Assembly (NCBI RefSeq): GCF_009914755.1
Contig: NC_060926.1
DNA: 64,000 nucleotides
Direction: 5' to 3' (one strand)
Source: the human T2T-CHM13v2.0 reference genome, Homo sapiens
Position numbers and translations under genes: made by a program. Positions 51,905 to 64,000 of this stretch are shown here, one piece after another. Below the pieces are notes generated by a model. It was not told the DNA's origin. It searched no databases and saw only the letters and a list, made by a program, of their open reading frames with translations. The first letter of the stretch is position 1; each line of letters opens with the position of its first letter.

Positions 51905-52650
51905 TTTTGTTTTGTTTTGTTTTTTTAAGTTCTAGTGTATATGTGCACAACGTGCAGGTTTGTTACATAGGTATACATGTGCCATTCTGGTTTGCTGCAT
52001 CCATCAACTGGTCATTTACATTAGGTATTTCTCCTAATGCTATCCCTTCCCCAGCCCCACACCCCCCAACCAGCCCCAGTGTGTGATGTTCCCCACCCTG
52101 TGTCTATGTGTTCTCACTGTTCAACCCCCACCTACGAGTGAGAACATGAGGTGTTTGGTTTTCTGTCCTTGTGATAGTTTGCTTAGAATGATGGTTTCCA
52201 GCTTCATCCATGTCCCTGCAAAGGACATGAACTCACCCTTTTTATGGCTGCATAGTATTCCATGGTATATATGTGCACATTTTCTTAATCCAGTCTATCA
52301 CTGATGGACATTTGAGTTGGTTCCAAGTCTTTGCTATTGTGAGTAGTGCCTCAGTAAACATACGTGTGCATGTGTCTTTATCATAGAATGATTTATAATC
52401 CTTTGGGTATATGCCCAGTAATGGGATTGCTGAGTCCAATGGTATTTCTAGTTCTAGATCCTTAAGGAATCAACACACTGTCTTCCACAATGGTTGAACT
52501 AATTTACACTCCCACCAGCAGTGTAAAACATTCCTATTTCTCCACATCCTCTCCAGCATCTGTTGTTTCCTGATTTTTTTTCTTTAGTCCTCTTGTTTTA
52601 TTTTTTATTATTTATTTATTTATTCTTATTTCTAGTTCTAGATCCTTGAG
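51905..52650 (-). mobile_element. 5'-truncated L1PA7-like insertion with a complex 5' junction
   Basis: TSD gagcttgccttgcct (51890-51904) / gaacttgccttgtct (52651-52665). Confidence 0.9.
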
Positions 52651-53599
52651 GAACTTGCCTTGTCTTAGATGAGACTTTGGACTTTTGAGTTAGTGCTGAA
52701 ATGAGTTAAGATTTTGTGGGACTGTTGGGAAAGCATGATTGTATTTTGCAATGTGAGAATGGCATGAGATTTGAGAAGGACCAGTGGCAGAATAAGAGAG
52801 TTTGGATATTTGTCCCTGCCAAATCTCATGTTGAATTGTAATCCCAATGCCAGAGGTAGGGTCTGTTGAGAGGCATTTGGATCGTGGAGGCACATACCTC
52901 ATGGCTTGGTGCTGTTTTCACAATAGTGAGTGAGTTCTCATAAGATCTGGTCATTTAAAAGTGTTTGTGTGGCATATCCCTACCACTTGCTCTCTCTTGC
53001 TTCTGCTTTCTCTATATGAAGTGCCTGCTCATGCTTTGCCTTCCATCATGAGTAAAAGCTCCCTAAAGCCACTGCAGAAGAAGAGGCTGCCATGCTTCCT
53101 GTATAGCCTATAGATCTGTGAGCCAATTAAATCTCTTTTCTTATAAATTACTCATTCTCAGCTATTTCTTTATAGTAATTCCAGAGTGCCCTAATACACT
53201 ACTACTGCTCTTTTTGGTATTCATTTGAATGTAATAATTTTTCCATCCTTTTTTTCATTCTATGTGTGTCTTTATAGGTGAAGTGTTTCTTGTGAGCAAC
53301 AGGTCTTTGGGTCTTTTTTTTTTTAAATCTATTCAGCTACTTTTTGTCTTTTGATTGGAGGGTGTAATTAATTTACATTCAATATTATTAAGTAAGGGCT
53401 TATTCCTGCCATTTTTTTTTCTGATTCTTTTGTTATTTTCTCTTTCTTCTTATCTCCTCTCCTGTCTTCCTCTTACTGAAGATGATTTTCTCTGGTAGTA
53501 TATTTTAATTTTCTGCTTCAAAAATATATATCTATTGTATGTTTTTGGTTTGAGGTTACCATGAGGCTTGTAAATAATATCTTATAACCCAGTATTTTA

Positions 53600-53980
53600 T
53601 TTATTTTAATTTTTTTTATTCTACTTTAAGTTTCAGGATACACGTGCAGAATGTGCAGGTTGGTTACAGAGGTATGCCATGGTGGTTTGCTGCGCCTCTT
53701 GACCCGTCCTCTAAGTTCCCTCCCCTTATTTCCCACCCCAACAGGCCCTGGTGTGTGTTGTTTCCATCCCTGTGTCCATGTGTTCTCCTTGTTCAACTCC
53801 CATTTATGAGTGGGAACATGCAGTGTCTGGTTTTCTGTTCCTGTGTTAATTTGCTAAGGATGATGGCTTCCAGCTTCATCCATGTCCCTGCAAAGGACAT
53901 GATCTCATTCCTTTTTATGGCTGCATAGTATTCCATGGTGTATATGTACCACATTTTCTTTATCCAGTCTATCATTGATG
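53600..53980 (-). mobile_element. 5'-truncated L1PA8-like insertion
   Basis: Perfect 15-bp TSD taacccagtatttta at 53585-53599 and 53981-53995. Confidence 0.92.
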
Positions 53981-55600
53981 TAACCCAGTATTTTAAACTG
54001 ATGACAACTTAACACTGATTACATGTACAAACAAACCAGCAAAGACAAAACTAACAACAACTCTATATTTTAACTTTGTTCCCCTATTTCTTATTTTTTG
54101 TTGTTTCTATTTATATCTCATTATACTCTCTCTGTCTTGGGAAGTGGCAGTAAATATTCTTGATTACTTCATCTTTTCATCTTTCTTCCTAAGATAGGAG
54201 TAGTTTACACACCACAATTACAGAGTTATAATCTTCTTTGTTTTTCTCTGTACTTACTATTACCAGTGAGTTTTAAACCTTCAGATGTTTCTTAGTGTTC
54301 AGTAGCATTCATGTTTTTGAGATTTAAGAACTCCCTTTAGCATTTTTGGTAGGACAGGTCTGATATTGATGAAATCCTTCAGGCTTTATTTTTCTGGGAA
54401 AGTCTTTATTTCTCATTCATGTTTGTACAGTATTTTCACTGGATATGCTATTATGGGGAAAACATTTTTCACTTCGGCTCTTGAAATACATTGTGGCAGT
54501 CTCTACCTATAAGGTTTCTACTGAAAAGTCTGCTGCCACACTTATTGGACTTCCGTAGTATGTTATTTGTTTCTTTTTTTCTTGCTGCTTTTAGGATCTT
54601 TTCTTTATCTTTGACCTCTGGGAGTTTGATTATTAAATTCCTTGAGGTAGTCTTCTTTGGGTTAAATCTGCTTGGTGTTCTATAACCTTCTTTTTCTTAA
54701 ATATTGATATCTTTCTCTAGATTTGGGAAGTTCTCTGACATTATTTCCTTAAATAAACTTTCTACTCCTATCTCTTTGTTTACCTCCTCTTTAAGGCGAA
54801 TAACCCTTAGATTTACCCATATAGGGCTATTTTCTATTCTGTAAGTGTGCTTCATTCTTTTTTATACTTTTTTCTTCTGTTTCCTCTGACTGTGTATTTT
54901 CAAATAGCCTGTCTTCAAGCTTACTGATGCTTTATTCTGGTTGATCAATTATCTTATTATGAGTCTCTGATGCATTCTTCAGTATGTCAATTGCATTTTT
55001 AAACTTCAGAATTTCTGCTTGATTTTTTCTAATTATTTCAATTTCTTTGTTAAATTTATCTGATAGAACTGTGAATTCCTTCTCTGTATTATATTGAATT
55101 TGAGTTTCCTCAAAACACCTATTTTGAATTCTCTTTCTAAAAGGTCACATATCTCTGTGTCTCTGGGATTGGTCCTTGGTGCCTTCTTTAGTTCAATTTG
55201 TGAGGTCATGTTTTCCTGGATGGTGTTGATGCTTGCAGATGTTATTCAGTGTCTGGGCATTGAAGATACAGATATTTATTGTAGTCTTCGCAGTTTAGGA
55301 TTGTTTATATTCATCCTTCTTAGAAAAGCTTTCCAGGTATTCAGAGTCTCTTTGGTGTTATGATCTAAATTTTTGGTCACTGAAGCCATATCTGCATTTG
55401 TGTCATCTCGATCCCAGTAACACTGTTGACTCTGACAGACTTGTAGAGGTACTTCCTTGGTGGTACCTCTTGGTGGATAAGATCTGGTAGAAATCTTTGA
55501 ATTACCTAGCAGAGATTTCTGGTCTCTTCCTTTAATTTTTTCCAAAGAAAAGTCTCTTTCTCTCTGCTGAGCTGCCTGGGGCAGGGGGAAGGGTGACACA

Positions 55601-55825
55601 AGCCTGGGCAACATGATGAAAGCCCGTCAAAAATTACACAATTAGCTGGGTGTGGTGGCACATGCCTGTAGTCTCAACTACTTGGGGGGCTGAGGCAGGA
55701 GAATCATTTGAACCTGGGAGGTTGAGGCTTCAGTGAGCCAAGATGGCACCACTGCTCTCCACTCTGGGTGACAAAGTGAGACTCTGTCTCAAAAAAAAAA
55801 GAAAAAGAAGAATTAAAAAAAAAAG
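55601..55825 (+). mobile_element. 5'-truncated Alu
   Basis: Begins mid-left-arm (agcctgggcaacatg), followed by a full right arm and A-tail. Confidence 0.88.
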
Positions 55826-56413
55826 AAATGCAAATTCTCTGACCTCATTGCAGACCCAGTGTATTAGTTTCCTAGCGCTGCCATAACTAATTACCCAAAA
55901 CACAGAGGAAACTAGAAGTCCACAATTAAGGTATCAGCAGGAGTCTTTGTTCTGAAGCCTCTGAAGGAGAAAACTTCCCATGCCTTTCTCCTAGTTTCTG
56001 GTGGTTACTGGCATTATTTCTTTTTTTTCCACACTCCTTGGCTTGCAAACACATTACTACAATCAATGCTTTGTCTTTACATGGCTTTCTTCTCTGTGTT
56101 TCTCCTCTGTTTTCATATCTCAAGTATCCCCCTTCTTTCTCTAATAAGGACACCAGTCATTGGATTTTGGCCCCACCCTAATTCAGGATGACGTCATCCT
56201 GAAGGCCTTATTTTAATTATGCTTGCAAAGATTCTTATTCTAAATTAGGGAACATTCTGAGGTCTGGGGTGGACATGAATTTTTGGAGGATAAAAATTCC
56301 TCCCATTTAACCCACGACACATACAAAACCGGAAGCTCTGCTGGTGGAGTCTAGTAATCTTTTACCGAAGTTTCCAAATGATTCCGGTGCATACAAAACT
56401 TGGCAAACCACTG
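55826..56413. mobile_element. MER5A-like DNA transposon fragment, split by MLT1C
   Basis: agaaatgcaaattctc...cagaccc before the LTR and atgattccggtgcatacaaaacttggcaaaccactg after it. Confidence 0.65.
55860..56319 (-). mobile_element. MLT1C-like MaLR LTR
   Basis: tgtattagtttcctagcgctgccataac...taaggacaccagtcattggatt...aacccacgaca. Confidence 0.85.
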
Positions 56414-56431
56414 ATACACAGTGTATGGCCC

Positions 56432-56772
56432 TGTCTTAATCCATCTGTGCTACTATAACAATAACTAGACTAGGTAATTGATGAAGAACAGAAATGTATT
56501 TGCCACTGTTCTAGAGACTGGAAAGTCCAAAATGAAAGTGTCAGCATTTGCTGAGGGCCTTTTTGCTGCATCTTAACATGGTGGAAGGCAGAAGGGCAAG
56601 AGAGCAAACCTTTCACAAGGTCTTTTCATAAAGGTGTTAATCCGTTCACAAGGGCAGAGGCTTTGTGATCTAAACACCTCCCATCAGGTCCCACCTTTCA
56701 ACACTGTTGAATTGGTGACTACATTTCAAACATATGAATTTTGGAGGGGACAAAAGCATTCAAACCATAGTA
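56432..56772 (-). mobile_element. MST/MLT1A-like MaLR LTR
   Basis: tgtcttaatccatctgtgctactataac...gcattcaaaccatagta. Confidence 0.8.
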
Positions 56773-58269
56773 TTCCTTTGATAAGAAGTACAGTAACAAA
56801 ATGTTACTACATTTTGTTATAGTCCCAACATAAATATCAATAAAAATTCTGTTTTGTTCACAAAAGAACCCCCACTTGAATATTAACTTATCATCCTTAC
56901 AATGACATGTCAAACTATTAGAATATTCACAAACTGAGCAAATTTTACAAGATGAGGAGCCTAAGTGTGGGTAGGGACTGCAAGTAACAGTTGACAGACG
57001 ACTTATAATATCTCACTGACTTGTTAAAATAGATACACACATAATTGAGGAATCTGCCCATCCTTTATTCTGCCTTTTCCTTTGGGGAGAAACCCTTGGG
57101 CAATAAAGTTGAAATTTTTTCTGAGACTCGCTGGGTAGAAATTTATGCCCAAGTACGTCTAAAATGTCAGTGGTGAAATGTATGAACAGAGAAAGTTTTA
57201 ATGCTCTTACAAGCTAGGTAGAAAATTTAAGATAGGGAATTGCATCAAGCCTGAAAAATGGCCTAGGAAACTGAATAAATAAGAAATTTACAAATGGCCT
57301 TTCCAGTAACCAAAAACTGCATCTAAGGAGATTGTATTTTTTCATCTATCTGTACATACAATTATTTCTATCGTTGACGTGTTCTGCAATGTTAGAGAAA
57401 ACCTAGGAAATATTTTCTGTGCCATCCCCACATGAATGAATAGAGAGTTAATTGAAGACCAGCAGGCTACTACTTCCTCTTCTCTGTTTAACTTCAGAAT
57501 AAGAAATCCTTCTTCAAACCTGTGTTGTGAGACTTCACTTATTTTTAGTTTTACTATTGTCCTAATCATTCCAAAAGGAATGATAATTTTAGTTTTGCAT
57601 ATCTTTAAGAAATAAATACCTCTGTGCATTGCCTGTGTTCCCTGTAAGCAATTCTCTAGCCAGAAGAGAGAGAAAACTGAAACATCAGGAAAATACAAAA
57701 TGACAGAAAGCATAGTTATTTCTCCTTTTCTCTTTCCAGTATTTTATTATTTAGGATGATTATCTTCTGTATTAAATTTGTAACTTTTTAACCAAGGTAT
57801 GAGATTTTTTTGTACAAGTAAGAAATAATAAGAAATAAATAAGTTTTTTGTAAAATAAGAAAAAAAAGCTAGAATTACAACTTTCTTAATGTTTTGAATA
57901 TGCAGGCTTCATGTAAATTAATTAAATATTAACCATTTTCAACCATTTATTGAACATGCTGTGTGAGGCTTTCTTGATCCTTGGTAAGAAAAACTCATTT
58001 TATACTTATGTATACAGTATGTATGCTTATTTAAGGTGTATGAAATATGAGTATGTGAATTATAGCAGTTTAGTATGTGAAAGATGTCACTTTAAGAGTG
58101 CTATTCCAGAATTGTGTGATTTTTTTTCATTTTGACATAAAACTATCATACCATAAAGACGGCAAACATTTCAGAACAAGCAGACCAGAAAAAAATGAAG
58201 GGAATGGGAGAGAGAGGAGGAAGGGAGGGAGGGAAGGAGGAAAAGAGGGAGGGAGGGAGAGCCTGAAGA

Positions 58270-59140
58270 AAAAGAGTAAATAATTTAAACATTAAATTAA
58301 AAATGTTTGAAAAATAAATCATAAAGTGTAAATAAGTGAAATAATAGAATTAATTAAAAAAAGACCATACCACATTTGAAAAAAAAGATATTAATAATAT
58401 AAATCAAATTGTGTTCTATTTGAAAACAATAGACTCTAGACTAATCAGGAGAAGAAAAGGAAGAAAGCACAGAAACAAAAGATTAGGGAGGAAATGAAAA
58501 AGAGCCAAAGATACAAAGGAAATTAAAAAATTAAACAATTCACCACTTTCTTCAGATCAGTTCAAAAGCTGAATATAATAGATGAGATTCCAGGAAAATA
58601 CAAATTGCTAAATTTAACAGATGAAGTAACAGAAAACATAAACAGATCAATTGCCTGAGACAAACCTGTTCAAAAAGAAAACCACCTCCTCCTCACTACT
58701 GCATCTCTAATACTGGGCAAAATGCCACAAACCAGAGGTTTTTACAGGTAAGTTTTATGAATATTTCAAGGAATTGATCAAGTTGTTGCTATTTAAACTG
58801 GTTAAGAGCACTGAAAGCAAAGGAAATATTCTAAAATATTTTAAAAATCAAACATCTTTGATATCAATAGTAGACATTTTAGTACAAAGAAAGAAAACTA
58901 ATTTTAACATATTGATTTTAAAGTGACACAAAAAAATGAACTCGAGCAAAACAAAAACAAGAAAACAACAATTAGGAAATGCAGTAGAAAACCAGGGTTT
59001 GTTTCTAGAAAAAAAGAAGGATTTAATATGGAGAAATATGTGCATATAACCTATATTATATTATAAGACATACACTAACAAAATGTATACATAGAACTAC
59101 TATAAAAATATATAGCAAAGCTAGATTGATGGTCACGGCA
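58270..59140 (+). mobile_element. Old L1ME-like ORF2 fragment, probably continuing patchily at 61400-63960
   Basis: A-rich degenerate ORF2-like sequence (ccagaggtttttacaggtaagttttatgaatatttcaagg). Confidence 0.5.
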
Positions 59141-59832
59141 TATTGAAAAATATTTTTTACCCTTTTTTTTAGGTTCGGGGTACACGTGAAGGTTTGTTAC
59201 ATAGGTAAACTTGTGTCTCGGGGGTTTGTTGTACAGATTATTTCATCACCCAGGTATCAAGCCCAGTACTCAATAGTTATCTTTTCTGCTCCCCTCCCTC
59301 CTCCCGGTGTCCAGCCTCAGGGAGATCACAGTGTCTTTTATTCCCTTCTTTGTGTTCACGAGTTTTCATCATTTAGTTCCCACTTATAAGTGAGAACATG
59401 TGATGTTTGGGTTTCTGTTCCTGCTCTGCTGAGGATAATGGCCTCCAGCTCCATCTATGCTCCTGCAAAAGACCTGATCTCATTCTTTTTTTTTTTTTTT
59501 TTTGTGGCCACATAGTGTTCCATGGTGTATATGTGCCACAATTTTTAATCTAGTTTGCCATTGATGGGCATTTAGGCTCATTAAATGTGTTTGCTATTAT
59601 GAATAGTGCTGCAGTGAACGTTCATGTGCATGTGTCTTTATGGTAGAATGATTTATATTTCTCTGGGTATATACCCAGTAATGGGATTGCTGAGTTGAAT
59701 GGCAGTTCTGCTTTTAGCTCTTTGAGAAATCACTATACTGTCTTCCATAATAGTTGAACTAATTTACACTCCCACCAACAGTGTATGAATGTTCCCTTTT
59801 CTCCACAACCTTGCCAACATTTATTAATTGAC

Positions 59833-60567
<735 letters not shown>

Positions 60568-60619
60568 TAATGGGGTTGAAAATTTTTTTATTATAATCAC
60601 TTAACTTTAAATAAAATAG

Positions 60620-60703
60620 TATTAGATTGATGCAAATGAGATTGTGTTTTTTGTCACAAAAAGTAATGGCAAAAACCACATTAACTTATGTGCCAACCTA
60701 ACA
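60620..60703. mobile_element. MADE1 (Hsmar1-derived MITE), diverged
   Basis: tattagattgatgcaaa...aaaagtaatggcaaaaaccacattaacttatgtgccaacctaaca, 84 bp. Confidence 0.85.
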
Positions 60704-60724
60704 ATTGATGGATGCTTCCATTGT

Positions 60725-61398
<674 letters not shown>

Positions 61399-61997
61399 AG
61401 ATTTAATCTCTGAAACTTATAAGGAATAATTAAATAAGGAAAACATTGTGCAAAGGAGTACCTAGTGGAAAGAAAGAACATAAAGGATACTATTTTATCA
61501 TTAACAAGAATCAGGTACCAAAGAGGAGGGGAAGGAAAAGAAAGAAAAAGAAGAAGAAAAAAAAAACCTTAAAAATAGGATACTTGTTTACGACTGTAGT
61601 ACTTAATAGCAGAACACTGGAATATTTGTCACTACATTCAGAAGATGGTCTATTGCCACCATTGCTATTATTTAACTTTTTTCTAGAAGTACTAATCAGT
61701 GTAAACAAACAACAAATTTATATTTATATGTATAAAACATTTTTGTTAAGAGGCAAAATTTTTATTTTAAAAATGATGAGATCATATAACTGGAATAACT
61801 AAGTATGTCAATTTAACACTGTCAGGAACTAAATAAACTCATTTGTATAGGAACAAAATTATTATACTTAGCTTTCTTATTTATAAATAATGACCTCTTA
61901 GAACTAGAGACCTCTATGTTTATAATAGTAAACAAATGTAAATAAATTATATAAATAAACTTAATAAGACACCTAGAAAAAAAAACATAAACACCCA

Positions 61998-62375
61998 TCA
62001 GTGGTTCATTACTGTGTAACTAACCACCTCAAAACTTAATGGCTTAATAAAACAATAACATATTTGCTCCTGTTTGTTTTTTTGGCAGTTTGGGTCCTGC
62101 TCAGCTGGAGCAGCTCAACTCTGCTCCATGTGGTGTTGGCTTCTTCTAGGTCTCTCTATGGTCTCTCATCCTCCAGGATGCTAGCCTGGACTTGTTTGCA
62201 TGTGGCAGCAGTATTCCAAGAGGCTCAGAGTGAAGTGGCAAGGCTATTTTAGGCCTAGAATTTGCCAATTGAACTTTAAGTCACAAGCCACCTAGATTCA
62301 AGGGTTTGGAAAATCAACCATATTTCTATACAGGAGAAGCTATGAATAGTTTGTTATTTTTAATTTAATATAATA
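61998..62375 (-). mobile_element. MLT1G/H-like MaLR LTR
   Basis: ttactgtgtaactaaccacctcaaaacttaatggcttaa...ccacctagattcaaggg. Confidence 0.7.
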
Positions 62376-62629
62376 ACAAATGAAGATAAAACTCCTAAAT
62401 TGTTTTTAGTCAATAAGAATAAATGGTGTAAACATCTTAATTTATTCCAATTTAATCTATGAAGTTAGTATGATTAATAAAATAATGGTTGATTGTTTTG
62501 TTTCTTTGATACTTAAATCGATTTTAAACCTCCGATATGAAGACATATAAGAGTAGGAATAACTAATAATTATAAAAATAGAAATAAATAATGATAAATA
62601 CAAATGATAATTAAGAATACTGTTTCTAT

Positions 62630-63017
<388 letters not shown>

Positions 63018-63593
63018 TCAGCAAGCAGATATATGAAACAGGTAAAGATTTCATAAAATACATTAAAATAAAGCTGCCATTTAAAATTAATGAGAAAGCT
63101 ATATATTAATAAACAGTAGTTAGACAACTGAAACCCAAGTAAAAATAATGCTGGACCTTGAAAATATTCATTATATCACACTCTCAAAATAAAACTAGAG
63201 GACAACATGAAGGGATTTATTTTATAATCTTGGAGTAGAAAAGGGTTTTTCTAGAAAAAAAATCCAGAATCCATAAAAAAAGACAGTTTATAAATTTGTG
63301 ATTATATAAAAATTTTAAATGTATGTATGAAAAAAGGAATATAAGAAATAAGTCACAATACTAAAGTCAAACTGAGAGATACATAAAGAGAAACTAAGAA
63401 TCGGCAAGAAAAATACCAGAAACCCAATAGGAAATAGAATAGACCAAGGATATGAATATGGAGGTAGAAATACTTTAGGTAAAATATAGTATAAATGTAT
63501 GAAATAATTCACTCACAATTGGAATAAACTCACCCCAAAATAAAGTATATTAAACTCTCATATCAACATACTAGCAAAAATAAATCAACAATA

Positions 63594-63895
63594 GCCAGGT
63601 GCAGTGACTCACACCTGTAATCCCAGCACTTTGGGAACCCGAGCTTAAGCAGATTGCTTGAGCCCCAGAGTTTAGTGAACAGTCTGGGAAACGTGGCAAA
63701 ACCACATCTCTACAAAAATTGAAAAAGAAAAAGAAATACAAAAATTAGCTGGGCGAGGTGGTGCGAGCCCCTGTAATCTTAGCTACTCAGGAGGCTGAGA
63801 TGGGACAATCACCTGAGTCCAAGAAGTCGAGGCTGCAGTGAGTGGAGATCACTGGGCGTAGGAGTGAGACTATTTCTCAAAACAAACAAACAACC
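63594..63895 (+). mobile_element. AluJ
   Basis: gattgcttgagccc and gtcgaggctgcagtgag. Deletion in the right arm; (aaac)n tail. Confidence 0.85.
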
Positions 63896-64000
63896 CAAGG
63901 TATCCAATAATGATAAAAGTACTCTTTATTTCTTAATTCTGCTTCCTTTTTTAAAAACTTATTCTCAGATGCTCTCTACTAGTTAGAACCTATCAGTTCC

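Larger units (their letters stand above)
49501..53198 (+). mobile_element. Complete MSTA MaLR provirus (LTR 49501-49900, internal region, LTR 52793-53198)
   Basis: Two homologous LTRs and an internal region starting gaaaattgga. Perfect 5-bp TSD ctact at 49496-49500 and 53199-53203. Confidence 0.93.

Noticed and set aside
57342-57713. 123-aa minus-strand ORF in non-repeat sequence
   Set aside because: No recognisable domain or homology. Consistent with a chance ORF.
58198-58262. Purine-rich (GGAA/GGGA) tract
   Set aside because: Short impure low-complexity repeat, common in primate DNA.

Overview
Primate (most likely human or great-ape) genomic DNA, AT-rich and made up mostly of transposable-element fossils. 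I found no host protein-coding exon, RNA gene or CRISPR-like array. Every long ORF in the track is a decayed LINE-1, ERVL, Alu or mariner fragment, or a chance or antisense frame. Main contents: (i) a TSD-flanked, 5'-inverted L1PA7/8-like insertion carrying extra templated inserts (4621-6840); (ii) a 5'-deleted ERVL provirus (pol, IN, dUTPase, MLT2D LTR; ~10195-24880), split by a ~10.9 kb nest of L1MC, full-length Hsmar1 mariner (with AluY), MLT2C (with AluSp) and a full-length L1PA7-like element; (iii) two MADE1 mini-mariners; (iv) a near-full-length L1PB; (v) a complete MSTA MaLR provirus with perfect TSD, inside an L1MA2 and itself hit by two L1PA 3' ends in opposite orientations; (vi) many Alus and MaLR LTRs, plus MER1B, MER5A, L2 and MIR. 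I see no evidence of a new biological system. The most interesting signals are mechanistic scars (templated insertions, recurrent L1 breakpoints) and a local cluster of Hsmar1-family elements. Subfamily calls come from remembered consensus features, not from a RepeatMasker run, and boundaries of old elements are approximate.
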